Notes under the pieces: model-generated
Database searches by the model: none
Told to the model about the DNA's origin: nothing
Seen by the model: only the letters and a program-made list of their open reading frames with translations
Shown here: in pieces, positions 45,939 through 56,113 of the stretch
How the letters are laid out: every line of letters starts with the position of its first letter
Numbering within the stretch: the stretch's first letter is position 1
DNA from: Thermoplasmata archaeon
GTDB lineage: Archaea; Thermoplasmatota; Thermoplasmata; Lutacidiplasmatales; UBA184
Reading direction: 5' to 3'
DNA: 64,000 nucleotides
Assembly (NCBI GenBank): GCA_022750055.1
Contig: JAKIWL010000002.1
Coordinates: 409,729-473,728 of the forward strand
Made by a program: the position numbers and the translations under genes

Positions 45939-46255
45939 GACCGGCGCGACCCACCTGGCGCACATTCGACCCCTGTTGTATCGGGACCGATCCATCAGTC
46001 CGGCCACCAGGCCTGGGTCCTTGTGAGTGGGCGGGCCAATAGGGACCCTCGAGCCGGGAGCCGACCTGAGCCTGCGCGTCGACCTTCGGTTCGCCACCTC
46101 CACGCGCTCGCCCCAGTTCGATGCGCTGCGATGTACGGCCGCGTCGAGAGGGCGCGCTACGACGAGACATGGACCGACGAGGAGGGTCGTGGGCTTCCAA
46201 GCCGGCCTGCGACGTCGCGCCGTTCCACGTGTGGGCTGGGGGGGTCGCGCCGAGT

Positions 46256-46675
46256 TCAGGATCGCGATGTCGGGCAGAAGCGCCGTAGCGCCTCCCGAAC
46301 GATTCGATCGTGATCGAAAGCGAGCCCGACCGCCTGATCGATCGGGACCCACGATGCGTTCCGAGCATCATCCCCGCCCTGAGGGGACCCGCCCCGCCCT
46401 TTCATCCAAAACGCGACGGAGGCGGTCGGGCCCCTCGGATCGCGGTTCGGGCCGGAAAAGACCCCGACGATCCCTTCTGGACGGGCGCGTAACCCCGTCT
46501 CCTCTCGGAGCTCTCGAACCACCGCCTCCTCGACCGTCTCAGTTGGGTCAACGAAGCCACCGGGTAGCGCCCATCGACCCACGAAGGGCGGACGACCCCG
46601 CTGGACGAGGAGGAGCGAACCCCGTCGGACCCAGACCGCGTCGACCGTGAGCTTCGGTCCTGCGGGGTAACGCAT
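46256..46675 (-). CDS. NUDIX hydrolase (ADP-ribose pyrophosphatase-like)
   Basis: WALPGGFV..TETVEEAVVRELREETGL Nudix box, RDPR, GDDA, LAFDH. Confidence 0.92.
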   Translation of the reverse strand: MRYPAGPKLTVDAVWVRRGSLLLVQRGRPPFVGRWALPGGFVDPTETVEEAVVRELREETGLRARPEGIVGVFSGPNRDPRGPTASVAFWMKGRGGSPQGGDDARNASWVPIDQAVGLAFDHDRIVREALRRFCPTSRS

Positions 46676-46780
46676 GAAGGTTGAGGGGCGAAGCCATGGA
46701 TAAGCGTCGGGGCCGGCGGACGGGCGAACCGTTCGGATGTTCGGCATGGTTAAATCAGGGGCCCGGGTCCGCGTCCATCG

Positions 46781-47821
46781 ATGGCCATCTTCCGGAGCAA
46801 AGCTCCGCTGAGGATCAGTTTCGCCGGCGGCGGGACCGATGTCTCCCCCTACCCCGAAGAGAAGGGCGGCGCCGTGCTCAACTGCACGATAGATAAGTTC
46901 GCGTACGCGACGCTCTCCTCCAAGGAGAACGCAGCGGGCGCGACCCACGTGCACTCCCTCGATTACAACCTCTCGGCGAGCTACGACAAGCCCGAGGACC
47001 TCGTCTTCAACGGCGAGCTCGACCTCGTCAAGGCGGCCCTGAAGGTCCTCCGACCCTCGGTCGACGGGCGCGACAGCGGTCCGGGGCTCGAACTCTTCCT
47101 TCACTCGGACGCCCCGCCAGGGACCGGCCTCGGCTCGTCCTCCGCGATGTGCGTCGCGCTCGTGGGGGCCTTCCAACTGTACCTGAAGGAGGCCTGGACC
47201 GGATACGAGGTCGCGGAACTCGCCTACCGGATCGAGCGGGAGGAGTGGGGGAGGCGTGGGGGCCGGCAGGACCAGTACGCGGCGGTGTTCGGCGGGTTCA
47301 ACTTCATGGAGTTCAACGGTACGACCACGGTGGTCAACCCGCTGCGGATCCACCCCGACGTCCTGAACGAGCTCGCCTACCGGCTCCTACTGTGCTACAC
47401 AGGGACGAGCCACTACTCCAACGACCTCATCGAGCGCCAGCAGGCGAGCTACTCGCAGAAGCGGCCGGAAACCGTCGACGCCCTCGACGCGACGAAGCGG
47501 CTCGCGCTCGACATGAAGAACGAACTGTTGCGAGGGCGGATCGACGAGATGGGCCGGCTCCTCGATGAAGCGTGGCAACTGAAGAAGCACTTCACCGAGG
47601 GGATCTCGAACGATCGGATCGACTCGTTCTACGCCCATGCGCGGGAGGCGGGAGCGCTAGGCGGAAAGCTCGTGGGAGCGGGCGGGGGAGGTTACATCCT
47701 CTTGTTCTGCGACTTCGAGCGCAGGGCCAACGTCGCGAAGTCGGTCACCGAGTCGGGCGGCCGGGTCGTGGATTTCTCGCTCGAGCCGGGCGGTCTCCGG
47801 ACGTGGATGGTCCGACCCTAG
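46781..47821 (+). CDS. GHMP sugar kinase (HddA heptose-7-phosphate kinase-like)
   Basis: APLRISFAGGGTD, PPGTGLGSSS, GRQDQYAA, GGKLVGAGGGG. Confidence 0.88.
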   Translation: MAIFRSKAPLRISFAGGGTDVSPYPEEKGGAVLNCTIDKFAYATLSSKENAAGATHVHSLDYNLSASYDKPEDLVFNGELDLVKAALKVLRPSVDGRDSGPGLELFLHSDAPPGTGLGSSSAMCVALVGAFQLYLKEAWTGYEVAELAYRIEREEWGRRGGRQDQYAAVFGGFNFMEFNGTTTVVNPLRIHPDVLNELAYRLLLCYTGTSHYSNDLIERQQASYSQKRPETVDALDATKRLALDMKNELLRGRIDEMGRLLDEAWQLKKHFTEGISNDRIDSFYAHAREAGALGGKLVGAGGGGYILLFCDFERRANVAKSVTESGGRVVDFSLEPGGLRTWMVRP

Positions 47822-47870
47822 TCGGATCGGGACCCCGCGGGACCCGATCGAGACGCCCCGGGATACCCGC

Positions 47871-48815
47871 CTAGGAATCGATCGCGCCCATCGGGAGGCC
47901 GGCGCGCTGCCGGAGCGCGTAATAGAATCCGCCGAACGCCGTGGCTGTGTGAGTCCGCATCCCTTGCATTCGAAGGGCCTGCTTGACCTCCTTCGGGCTC
48001 TGACGGGCATCGAGCGTCTTTGACGTGTCGTACTTGTACTGGAACGTCCCCGCCGGGCCCTTGGGGAACTGCTCCCAGTCCCGCGCGTTCGTGGGTCGCA
48101 GCTCGTGGGGTCGGTGCGGTCCCTGTTGACCGGCAAAGATGGGCATCGACAGGTGTTCCTCCGTGAGCCAGAGCATCGTCGCGTCCCGGATCGCGGATTC
48201 GGTCGCTTCGTCGAGCGCGCCGGGAGCGACCTGGGACTTTACCCAACTGACCATCGCGTCGAAGGTCTTTTCGGAGTTGTCCTCGAGCATCTGTAGGACC
48301 GCGAGACGGATCGCGCTCCGTCGAAGCGCGTCGATCCCGGTGTCCGATAGGCGGTACTCGGCGGCGAGTCCGACGAGCGCCTCTGCGTTCTCGGGCAGGT
48401 CCTTGAGCGAGAGCATGAACAGCGGGGTCGGGGGCTCCTTCTCCGCCACGTGCCAGAGCGAGAACTCCCCGCCGTCCGTCAGGAGCACGAGGGGTGCACC
48501 GACGCTCCGGGCCTTCTTGGCGGCCTCTTCGGCGGCCGAGCGGACCGGGGTCTTTGCGGCGTAGACCTCCAAGACCAGGCGAGGGCGTCCGGACGGGTCG
48601 AGCAGGGCGTACGAGGCGTGACCGCCGTCGAACTTCGTGGGGAAATCGAGGTAGACCTGCTTCTTGTCGTGCGGGTCCCATCCGAGCGAAACGAGGAAGG
48701 GGCTGACGATCCAGTGCTTGACCTGTTGGGGCGTGATGTCCTTGACGTCGGTCAGCACTTCGTTTGCGATGACTTGAAACTCACTCAATCGGCGCTGTAG
48801 GTCTTGGGCGTCCAT
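47871..48815 (-). CDS. HsdR-N-like restriction endonuclease-fold protein with degenerate catalytic motif
   Basis: IVSPFLVSLGWD, ASYAL, LVLEVY, LLTDG..F.LW resemble the HsdR-N pattern (xDYAL, IEAK, LTNG). Confidence 0.6.
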   Translation of the reverse strand: MDAQDLQRRLSEFQVIANEVLTDVKDITPQQVKHWIVSPFLVSLGWDPHDKKQVYLDFPTKFDGGHASYALLDPSGRPRLVLEVYAAKTPVRSAAEEAAKKARSVGAPLVLLTDGGEFSLWHVAEKEPPTPLFMLSLKDLPENAEALVGLAAEYRLSDTGIDALRRSAIRLAVLQMLEDNSEKTFDAMVSWVKSQVAPGALDEATESAIRDATMLWLTEEHLSMPIFAGQQGPHRPHELRPTNARDWEQFPKGPAGTFQYKYDTSKTLDARQSPKEVKQALRMQGMRTHTATAFGGFYYALRQRAGLPMGAIDS

Positions 48816-48848
48816 CGGAGGAAGGAAGGCGGAGTAGGTGGGATAAGA

Positions 48849-49784
48849 CTACCGAAGGGTCGGGGGGGCGGCGCCGGCCGGGGACCGATCGCCGCGAAGC
48901 TCCATCGCGACCGCCCGAAGGTACGGTTCCAACCGTTCGAGCCCACGCCCTCGGAGGGCGGCGGGAGGAAGGCCGAGGCGACCGCTCAGCAGCCATTCGA
49001 CCTCGTAGCGGTAGAGGAGGCTAGAGCCCACGGCTTCGAGCAGGCTCGCGAGCCGCAACGACCCCCGAGCCGAGAGGCGCCAATAGCGCGGGCGCTTGCC
49101 GAGCGCGGCGAACATCGCGTCGGTCAGCTCGCTGTATCGATAGACGATCGGACCCCCTAGGTCGTAGCGGCCGGATTCAGAGGAGTCCAGGGCCTCGCGA
49201 ACGACGCGCGCGAGGTCGGTCACGGCGATCGGGCTCAGCGTGCAGGCGCCGTCCCCGAACATCGGGAAGAACGGGTACCGGTGGATCGAACGCATCATGA
49301 CCCCGAGCAGCTTGTCCCCGACGCCGAAGAGTGCGCTCGGCCGAAGTACCGCATAGGAGAGCCCGCTCCGCTCGACGGAGTGATCGAACCGTCGCTTGTA
49401 CACTAGGTAAGGGAGTGTCGTCTCCAACGAGTCGGGCGCCTCCGGCACGCTGACCTGGATGAGCCGGGCCACCCCGGCCCGGACCGAGGCCGCGAGCATT
49501 CGCTCCAGCCCCTCGTACAACACCCGGAACCGCGCCTCGGACCCGGATCGATACCAGGCCACGTTCACCACCGCGTCCACGTCGCGTAGTCGCTGGTCCC
49601 AGTCAACCTTCCCGCCGAGGTCGGTCTCGACCCACTCCACTCCGGCACTGCGTTCCTCCGTCGAGGCATGTCGATGGAGCGAACGGATCGAGTGATCCAC
49701 GGCGAGCTCTCGGACCAACGCCCGTCCGACGAACCCGCCCCCTCCCCCGACCAGCAGGAGGCGAGGGCGGGGCCTCGAGCTCAT
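48849..49784 (-). CDS. NAD-dependent epimerase/dehydratase (NDUFA9-like SDR)
   Basis: VGGGGGFVG, DAVVN, YLVYK, LRPSALFG. Confidence 0.85.
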   Translation of the reverse strand: MSSRPRPRLLLVGGGGGFVGRALVRELAVDHSIRSLHRHASTEERSAGVEWVETDLGGKVDWDQRLRDVDAVVNVAWYRSGSEARFRVLYEGLERMLAASVRAGVARLIQVSVPEAPDSLETTLPYLVYKRRFDHSVERSGLSYAVLRPSALFGVGDKLLGVMMRSIHRYPFFPMFGDGACTLSPIAVTDLARVVREALDSSESGRYDLGGPIVYRYSELTDAMFAALGKRPRYWRLSARGSLRLASLLEAVGSSLLYRYEVEWLLSGRLGLPPAALRGRGLERLEPYLRAVAMELRGDRSPAGAAPPTLR

Positions 49785-50449
49785 CGGGCGAGGACCGACG
49801 CTTCGCCCGGGGGCGCGGCCCGAGGCGGTTCCCAAGGCGTCCCGAAGATGTGTTCCCAGGCCTCTCGGACGGGAACCCTCAGCGATCCCGTCGTCGTCGG
49901 TCGGCGAAGCTCCTCGGACACCGACGTCATCACCGTTCCGGGGAGGCCGCAGGGATGGAACGCCCGGAAAGGGGCGAGGTCGTTCGAGACGTTGAGCGCA
50001 AACCCATGGAACGTCACCCACGATTCGACCGCGATCCCCACGGAAGCGATCTTACGCTCCCCCCCCACCCCGACCCCGCGGCGTCCGGCCACTCGGTCGG
50101 CGGTCACGCCGACCGCTCCCAAGGACTGGATCAGGAGCGACTCCACCTCGTGGACGAACCGGCGCACGTCCCGCCCTCGCGAGTTGAGGTCGACGATCGG
50201 GTATCCCACCAGCTGGCCGGGGCCGTGGTACGTACCCTTCCCGCCCCGTTCAACGGCGACGACCGGGATCCCTTCCGGCATCGTCTCTCCGTCGCTTCCC
50301 TGTACTCCGACGGTGACGACGGGGGAATGCTCGACGAGGAGGAGGGTGTCTGGGATCTCCCCTCGTTGACGTAGCGCACGCAGGGCGCGCATCTCCTGGA
50401 GGGCGGGAACGTAGGGGCGGGTTCCCCAGTCACGGATCGCGAGCGACAC
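49781..50449 (-). CDS. lipB: Lipoate-protein ligase B (octanoyltransferase)
   Basis: EHSPVVT.G, RGGKGTYHGPGQLVGYPI, KIASVG, HGFALNV, PCG. Confidence 0.93.
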   Translation of the reverse strand: MSLAIRDWGTRPYVPALQEMRALRALRQRGEIPDTLLLVEHSPVVTVGVQGSDGETMPEGIPVVAVERGGKGTYHGPGQLVGYPIVDLNSRGRDVRRFVHEVESLLIQSLGAVGVTADRVAGRRGVGVGGERKIASVGIAVESWVTFHGFALNVSNDLAPFRAFHPCGLPGTVMTSVSEELRRPTTTGSLRVPVREAWEHIFGTPWEPPRAAPPGEASVLAR

Positions 50450-51872
50450 GCTTCCTCGCCACTACATGGAACGGCTCGCCGAGCCACAGCAGGGCGGCCT
50501 CCTGAAGCGTCTCGGAGAAAGTCGGATGGGGGTGGATCGTCATCGCGAGGTCCCGGACGGTGGCGGCCATCTCGATAGCAAGCCCGGCTTCGGCGATGAA
50601 CTCCCCGACCGATTCTCCGGCGGCCTGGACCCCCAAGAGCAGCCCCGTCTGGTCATCGCCGACTATCTTCAGCCAGCCCTTCGTGGCATGGGCGGCGTGG
50701 GCCCGTCCCAAGGCGGCGAACGGAAAGCGGGCCTCCCGCGCCGCGTGTCCCTGAGCGCCGGCCTCCGCCATCGTCAACCCGACGCTGGCGAGCTCGGGGT
50801 CGGTGAAGACGACAGAGGGGATAGTTTGGAACTGAAATCGGGTCGGTCGGCCCGCGATCGCTTCCGCGGCGACCACGCCCTCCCGATAGGCCTTGTGCGC
50901 CAGCATCGGAGGACGCGCGACGTCGCCCACCGCGTAGATATGGGACACATTCGTCCGTTGCTGGGCATCGACGGTGATGAATCCGGACTTGGGATCGCGC
51001 GTCACCCCTGCCTCCTCGAGTCCCAGGTCGTTCGATTCCGGACGCTTGCCCACCGTCAGGAACAGCCGTTCCGCCTCTAGGTCGTGGGAACCGGCCGCGT
51101 CGACCACCGTGAGCACGACGCGCCCCTTCTCTCGGAGGAGGTGCGTGGCCCGAGTGCCGACCCGGACCTCGACCCCTTCCTTGAGGAAGGTTCCGGTGAG
51201 CTCCTGCGAGAGATCGGGATCGACGCCCGGAAGCAGTTGCGACAGGAGCTCCACGATGGTCACGCGCACTCCCACTCGAGCCAGGAACTCCCCGAGCTCG
51301 CAACCGCTCACGCCCCCACCGAGTACGAGCATCGACTTCGGGAGCGTACCAAGGGTGAGAATGTCCTCGGCGGTCAAGACGCGGTCTCCGTCGGGCTCGA
51401 AACCGGGGAAGGAGGTGGGCGAAGCCCCCGTGGCCAGGATGGCCGAGGAGAAATCGATCCGTTCCCTCCCGCCATCGGGGGCGGTCAGTTCGGCCGAGTT
51501 CGGCCCGGTGAGACGCGCCTCGCCCTTCAGGACCTGCACTCCCGCTAGCTTCAGCAGCTGTTGGACCCCGGAGCGCTCCTTCTGGATGACCGACTCCTTC
51601 CACGCCATCGCTTTGGCTAGGTCGAAGCGTGGGTTCTCGGCGAGAACTCCGATCTCCGGCCCCTCGGTCCGCACGGCATGCAGCAGGCCGGCGGCGTGAA
51701 TGAGCGCCTTGGACGGGATGCAACCTCGGTTGAGGCACTCTCCCCCGAGCTCTCGACGCTCCACCAGAAGGACCTTGAGCCCGAGTTGGCCGAGGCGGAT
51801 CGCAGCGATGTAGCCTCCGGGCCCTCCACCGATCACAAGGGTTCCGGTCTCGCGTGCGTAGGTGCCGGCCAT
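50430..51872 (-). CDS. lpdA: Dihydrolipoamide dehydrogenase (E3)
   Basis: GGGPGGY, GGECLNRGCIPSK, LAHKA, HPHPTFSE. Confidence 0.95.
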   Translation of the reverse strand: MAGTYARETGTLVIGGGPGGYIAAIRLGQLGLKVLLVERRELGGECLNRGCIPSKALIHAAGLLHAVRTEGPEIGVLAENPRFDLAKAMAWKESVIQKERSGVQQLLKLAGVQVLKGEARLTGPNSAELTAPDGGRERIDFSSAILATGASPTSFPGFEPDGDRVLTAEDILTLGTLPKSMLVLGGGVSGCELGEFLARVGVRVTIVELLSQLLPGVDPDLSQELTGTFLKEGVEVRVGTRATHLLREKGRVVLTVVDAAGSHDLEAERLFLTVGKRPESNDLGLEEAGVTRDPKSGFITVDAQQRTNVSHIYAVGDVARPPMLAHKAYREGVVAAEAIAGRPTRFQFQTIPSVVFTDPELASVGLTMAEAGAQGHAAREARFPFAALGRAHAAHATKGWLKIVGDDQTGLLLGVQAAGESVGEFIAEAGLAIEMAATVRDLAMTIHPHPTFSETLQEAALLWLGEPFHVVARKRVARDP

Positions 51873-51878
51873 ATCGAC

Positions 51879-52988
51879 TCAGCCGCCTCCCGAGCCGGGC
51901 GGAAGGAAAACGTCCGTGGTCAGCGAGCGCGCGTCGGGCGGGGCGGTGGCCTCCGCCTCCTTCACGGCCGACCGGACCCGAGCGTCGGCGTCCGCCGCCA
52001 CGGTCCGGACCACCTCGTCATCGAGAACCCCCCGATCGCGGAGAAGCCGCGCGAGGCGCGCGACGGGGTCCCTCGCGCGCCCTCGGACGAGGAAATCGGC
52101 GGGCTGGTATCTACTCGGGTCGTCCGAGCTCGAGTGGGGGGTCATCCGGAACACCACGAACTCGATCAGGCTGGGTCCGCCCCCCGTCCGCGCTCGGTCG
52201 AGGGCCTCCTTCAGGGCAGCGTGGACCGCGACGACATCCGTCCCGTCGATGCGAACCCCGCTGAACCCGTACGCGTTCGCCTTCTCGGCGAGGACGTCGA
52301 CGTGCGTCTGGCGCTGGACCGGGATCGAGATCGCCCACTGGTTGTTCGTCAGGCAGAAGACGACCGGCAAGGAGAGGGCCCCGGCGAAGTTCATCCCGGC
52401 GTGGAAATCGTTCGCGCTCGTGGCGCCGTCCCCGAAGAACGCGAGCGCGACGCCCGGGTCGTGACGGAGCTTCTGCCCGTAGGCGAGGCCGACGGCCTGC
52501 GAGATCTGCGTCCCGATCACCGAGGACATCGACACGTACCGAACCTCCCGGGCCGTCGGGTGGCACGGCATCTGCCGCCCCCGAGCGGGGTCCAGGTCGT
52601 CGGCGAACAGATGGTGCATGTACGTGACCAGGGAGTGTCCGCGCGCCAGCGCTAGCAGTTGCTCACGGAGGCCCGGGAACACCCAGTCCGATTCGGCGAT
52701 CGCGAGCCAGGCCCCCAGACTCACCGCTTCCTGACCCGTCGCCGGCCCGTAGAATCCGATCCGCCCTTGTCGCTGGAGTCCGAGCATCCTCTCGTCCAGG
52801 GTGCGTCCGAGGATCATCCATCGGTAGGCGTCGAGAAGGCGAACCCTCCAATCGGGTCCGACCGAACCCGCGAGGGCACCTTCCGAGTACTCGAGCGCTA
52901 CGAGCTCAGGCTGTGCCGGAACGGGGGGTTCCGGCGGCGCGCGGGGAGGGCCGCGCCGGGTCGAGTCGGTCCGCTTCGCCCGAGGCAC
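51879..52988 (-). CDS. 2-oxoacid dehydrogenase E1 alpha subunit (second copy)
   Basis: LQRQGRIGFY, GRQMPCH, FGDGATS...NNQWAIS ThDP motif, PHSSSDDP. Confidence 0.9.
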   Translation of the reverse strand: MPRAKRTDSTRRGPPRAPPEPPVPAQPELVALEYSEGALAGSVGPDWRVRLLDAYRWMILGRTLDERMLGLQRQGRIGFYGPATGQEAVSLGAWLAIAESDWVFPGLREQLLALARGHSLVTYMHHLFADDLDPARGRQMPCHPTAREVRYVSMSSVIGTQISQAVGLAYGQKLRHDPGVALAFFGDGATSANDFHAGMNFAGALSLPVVFCLTNNQWAISIPVQRQTHVDVLAEKANAYGFSGVRIDGTDVVAVHAALKEALDRARTGGGPSLIEFVVFRMTPHSSSDDPSRYQPADFLVRGRARDPVARLARLLRDRGVLDDEVVRTVAADADARVRSAVKEAEATAPPDARSLTTDVFLPPGSGGG

Positions 52989-53188
52989 GGGGAGCGAGGA
53001 CGGTCCTCCGGTATTTCACGGGGCCGCCGTCCGGACGGGAGGCCCGCACGCGGATCGCCGCCCGCCCGAGACCGGAGCAGCCGGCCCCGACCGACTACCG
53101 ACGCGTCGGAAGGGTATTGAACCGGGCGCATCGCTACCGCTTCAGCTCCGGCCCCACCGGATGAGGGGCCGAGGCGGGTCGGGAACGC

Positions 53189-54694
53189 ATGCTCGACGCC
53201 ACCACCCAGCTCATCGTGGACCTGTTCGTCCTCCTCGCCGCCGCGGTGCTGGCCGGAGAGATCTCGGTCCACCTGGGCCAGGCCGCCCTGGTCGGTCAGC
53301 TGATCGCCGGCGTGGTCCTGGGGCCCACTTTGCTGGGCCCGTTCTTCGGCCTGACGGGCTTGACCGCGGCGCTGACGGCGGTCCAGACCCTGGCCGTGAT
53401 CTTCGTGCTCTTCCTCGCCGGCCTCGAGGTCGTTCCCACCACCATCTACCGGATGGAGTTCGGGAACCTCGTCCTCGGCATCGGGGCGTTCGCCGTCCCG
53501 TTCACCCTCGGAGCCCTGCTCGTCGGGCCGGTGCTCGGACTGGGGTACCCGACCAATCTCTACGTCGCCCTGACGCTGTCCATCACGGCCCTGCCGGTGA
53601 TGAGCATCATGCTCGACGAGCTCGGGCTCGGCCGGACGCGGCTCGGAACCTGGCTGCTGAACGCGGCCCTCGTCAACGAACTCACCGCGGTCTCGGTCTT
53701 CGCGGTCCTGTTGCGACTCGGTACGACCCCGTTCGCGAACGTGACCGCGGTCCTCACCGGCGTGGTCTCCCTCGCACTATTCATCGCAACGATGCTCACG
53801 ATCCACCAGGGGCTCAACCTCCTGCGTTCGTCGCGTCTCTGGGACCGATTGGCGAAGGGGTTCGCGAAAACATGGCGGAGCAAGCAGGGGGAGTTCGCCC
53901 TCCTGATGGTCCTGGTCGTCGGGGCCACCCTGTACTCTCAGTTCCTTGGACTGACCTACGTGGTGGGGGCCTTCTACGCAGGGCTTCTCGTGACGCGAGA
54001 GAGCGCCGGCAAGGAGGCGCACCGTTCGATCAGCCAGATCTTCGGCGCGATGAGCTGGGGGTTCTTCATCCCGCTCTTCTTCGCCCTCATCGGGGTCAAC
54101 ATGAACCTCCAGCAGCTCGCGACGCCGACTCTCGTGGTCTCCTTCGCCATCCTGCTCGGGTTCGCCGCGATCAGCAAGATCGGGTCGGGATTCTCGATCG
54201 CCACCTTGTTCGGGTGGAAGCGGACCGACGCGCTCACGATCGGACATCTGGTGAACAGCCGGGGCGCCGTCGAGCTCGCGATGGCCGTGATCCTCCTCGA
54301 CGCGGGGCTGATCACGATCCGGATCTTCACGCTCGTCGCCGCCATCGGCCTCGTGACGACGATCCTCGCCCCGATCGGGGCGACCCAGGCGATCCTACGG
54401 GACCCGGAACGGCGCGATGCGCTGTATCGACGGGTCCCTTCTCTCCGGCCCGGTCCGGGACGGCGACGATATCGTTCGGTCGACCCGGAGGAGGCCCTTT
54501 GGGGGTGGTCCCCGGGTTCGATCTTGGTCGAAGACACGCGGGCCTCTGCCTCCGGCGTTCCGAATCCGTCCGCGGGCTCGACCCCTCCCCCTCAACCTAC
54601 GCCGGACCCAGCGTCCGGATCGGCCGAGTCGGCGGCCCCGGCGGGCCTTCCACCCCTACCGCGCGATCGACGCAAGCCCAGGCCCGGGAAGTAG
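53189..54694 (+). CDS. Cation:proton antiporter (CPA2/Kef-type)
   Basis: GVVLGP, LFLAGLE, LSITALPV, FFIPLFF..IG, SRGAVEL; ~12-13 TMs. Confidence 0.9.
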   Translation: MLDATTQLIVDLFVLLAAAVLAGEISVHLGQAALVGQLIAGVVLGPTLLGPFFGLTGLTAALTAVQTLAVIFVLFLAGLEVVPTTIYRMEFGNLVLGIGAFAVPFTLGALLVGPVLGLGYPTNLYVALTLSITALPVMSIMLDELGLGRTRLGTWLLNAALVNELTAVSVFAVLLRLGTTPFANVTAVLTGVVSLALFIATMLTIHQGLNLLRSSRLWDRLAKGFAKTWRSKQGEFALLMVLVVGATLYSQFLGLTYVVGAFYAGLLVTRESAGKEAHRSISQIFGAMSWGFFIPLFFALIGVNMNLQQLATPTLVVSFAILLGFAAISKIGSGFSIATLFGWKRTDALTIGHLVNSRGAVELAMAVILLDAGLITIRIFTLVAAIGLVTTILAPIGATQAILRDPERRDALYRRVPSLRPGPGRRRYRSVDPEEALWGWSPGSILVEDTRASASGVPNPSAGSTPPPQPTPDPASGSAESAAPAGLPPLPRDRRKPRPGK

Positions 54695-54733
54695 GGAGCG
54701 CAGCACACCTGGGCTCAGAAGGCAAGAGGCGGT

Positions 54734-56104
54734 TCAGGCCATGTCCGCGAACAGCGAGTGGGGGTCTTCGAGATGCGCCTTGACGACCGCCAGGAACTGC
54801 GCCCCGACGATCCCGTCGAGAACGCGGTGGTCCAGGGAGACCGAGAGGTTCATGAACTGGCCCGGTCCGATCGACCCGTCGGTGAGGTAAGCGGGCCGGC
54901 GCTGGATCTTGTGGACCCCGAGGATCGCGACCTCGGGATAGTTGAGGATCGGGGTCGCGAGGATCCCACCCAGGGCGCCGAGGCTCGTGATCGTGAACGT
55001 CCCTCCCGAGAGTTCGGCCAGGGTGAGCTTCCCCTCGCGAGCCCGCTCCGAGAGCTCCTGAATCTCTCGGGCGAGCTGATTGAGGCTCTTCCGTTCCGCA
55101 TGATGAATGACCGGGACGATGAGTCCCTCGGGCGTCGCCGCGGCGATCCCGATGTGATAGCTCGAAAAGACGTCGAGCTCCCCCTGTGCATCGTCCATGC
55201 GGGCGTTCATCCAGGGGTGGGCCTTCAGCCCCTGGACCACCGCCTTGACGATGAACGGAAGGTAGCTCAGCTTCGCCCCGCCGGAGACTTCGATGTGCTT
55301 GGCCATCCGGTCGCGTAGGCGCACGAGCTCGCTCACCTCGATCTCCTCCACGTAGGTGAAGTGCGCCGCGGTGTGGACGGACGCGCTCATGCGTTCGGAG
55401 ATCACGCGTCGAATCCCGCGGATGGGTACTCGCTGAAATTCGCCCGCGTTCGATGGCCCGGCTGTCGCCGTTCGAGGCGGGCCGGAGGCGCTACCCGCAG
55501 CGGATGGGGACCCACGAGGAACTTGCGTCGACGCCGAAACGTCCGGCCCGGGCGCGCGCCCTCCCAGATCGGACTCCTGGATCCGACCGCCGGGACCCGT
55601 CCCCGTCACGTGGCCCAGGTCGATGCCACGTTCCGAGGCGAGTCGCCGCAGATAAGGCGTCGCGAGGATCCGCGCCGGACCTTCGGCGGCGGGCGTCGGG
55701 CTTGCGGACGGGTTTCCCGGCGCGGCATCGGATCGGGCGGGGCCGGAAGTGGGACGCGGTTCCGTGGCGCTGGTGCGGGCGGCCGCTCCGGACGCTGCCG
55801 GGCGGGAAGCCCCCGAGCCCGCCCGGGGTTGGGGAGCGCCCCCGGCGGGAGAGGCCGGAGTACCCCCGGATTCCTCGATCGTGACCAGGATCCCGCCCAC
55901 CTTGACCTTCTCACCGACCTGGGCGTGGATCTTGACGATCCGGCCGGACTTAGGGCTCGGGATCTCGACATTGGCCTTGTCCGTCAGGACGGAGACCAAC
56001 GGCGCGTCCTCCAGGACGGGACCCCCTTCCTGGACGAACCATTGGACCACCTCGCCCTCGGCGACGCCCTCGCCGATGTCCGGCAGTCGGAATTCGTAGC
56101 TCAT
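54734..56104 (-). CDS. pdhC: Dihydrolipoamide acyltransferase (E2)
   Basis: Lipoyl domain (TDKANVEIPSP), E3-binding GTGPGGRI, DHRVLDG. Confidence 0.93.
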   Translation of the reverse strand: MSYEFRLPDIGEGVAEGEVVQWFVQEGGPVLEDAPLVSVLTDKANVEIPSPKSGRIVKIHAQVGEKVKVGGILVTIEESGGTPASPAGGAPQPRAGSGASRPAASGAAARTSATEPRPTSGPARSDAAPGNPSASPTPAAEGPARILATPYLRRLASERGIDLGHVTGTGPGGRIQESDLGGRAPGPDVSASTQVPRGSPSAAGSASGPPRTATAGPSNAGEFQRVPIRGIRRVISERMSASVHTAAHFTYVEEIEVSELVRLRDRMAKHIEVSGGAKLSYLPFIVKAVVQGLKAHPWMNARMDDAQGELDVFSSYHIGIAAATPEGLIVPVIHHAERKSLNQLAREIQELSERAREGKLTLAELSGGTFTITSLGALGGILATPILNYPEVAILGVHKIQRRPAYLTDGSIGPGQFMNLSVSLDHRVLDGIVGAQFLAVVKAHLEDPHSLFADMA

Positions 56105-56113
56105 CGCGGGCTC

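Noticed and set aside
45940-46255. Intergenic gap with several short ORFs
   Set aside because: No convincing start signals, motifs or structure
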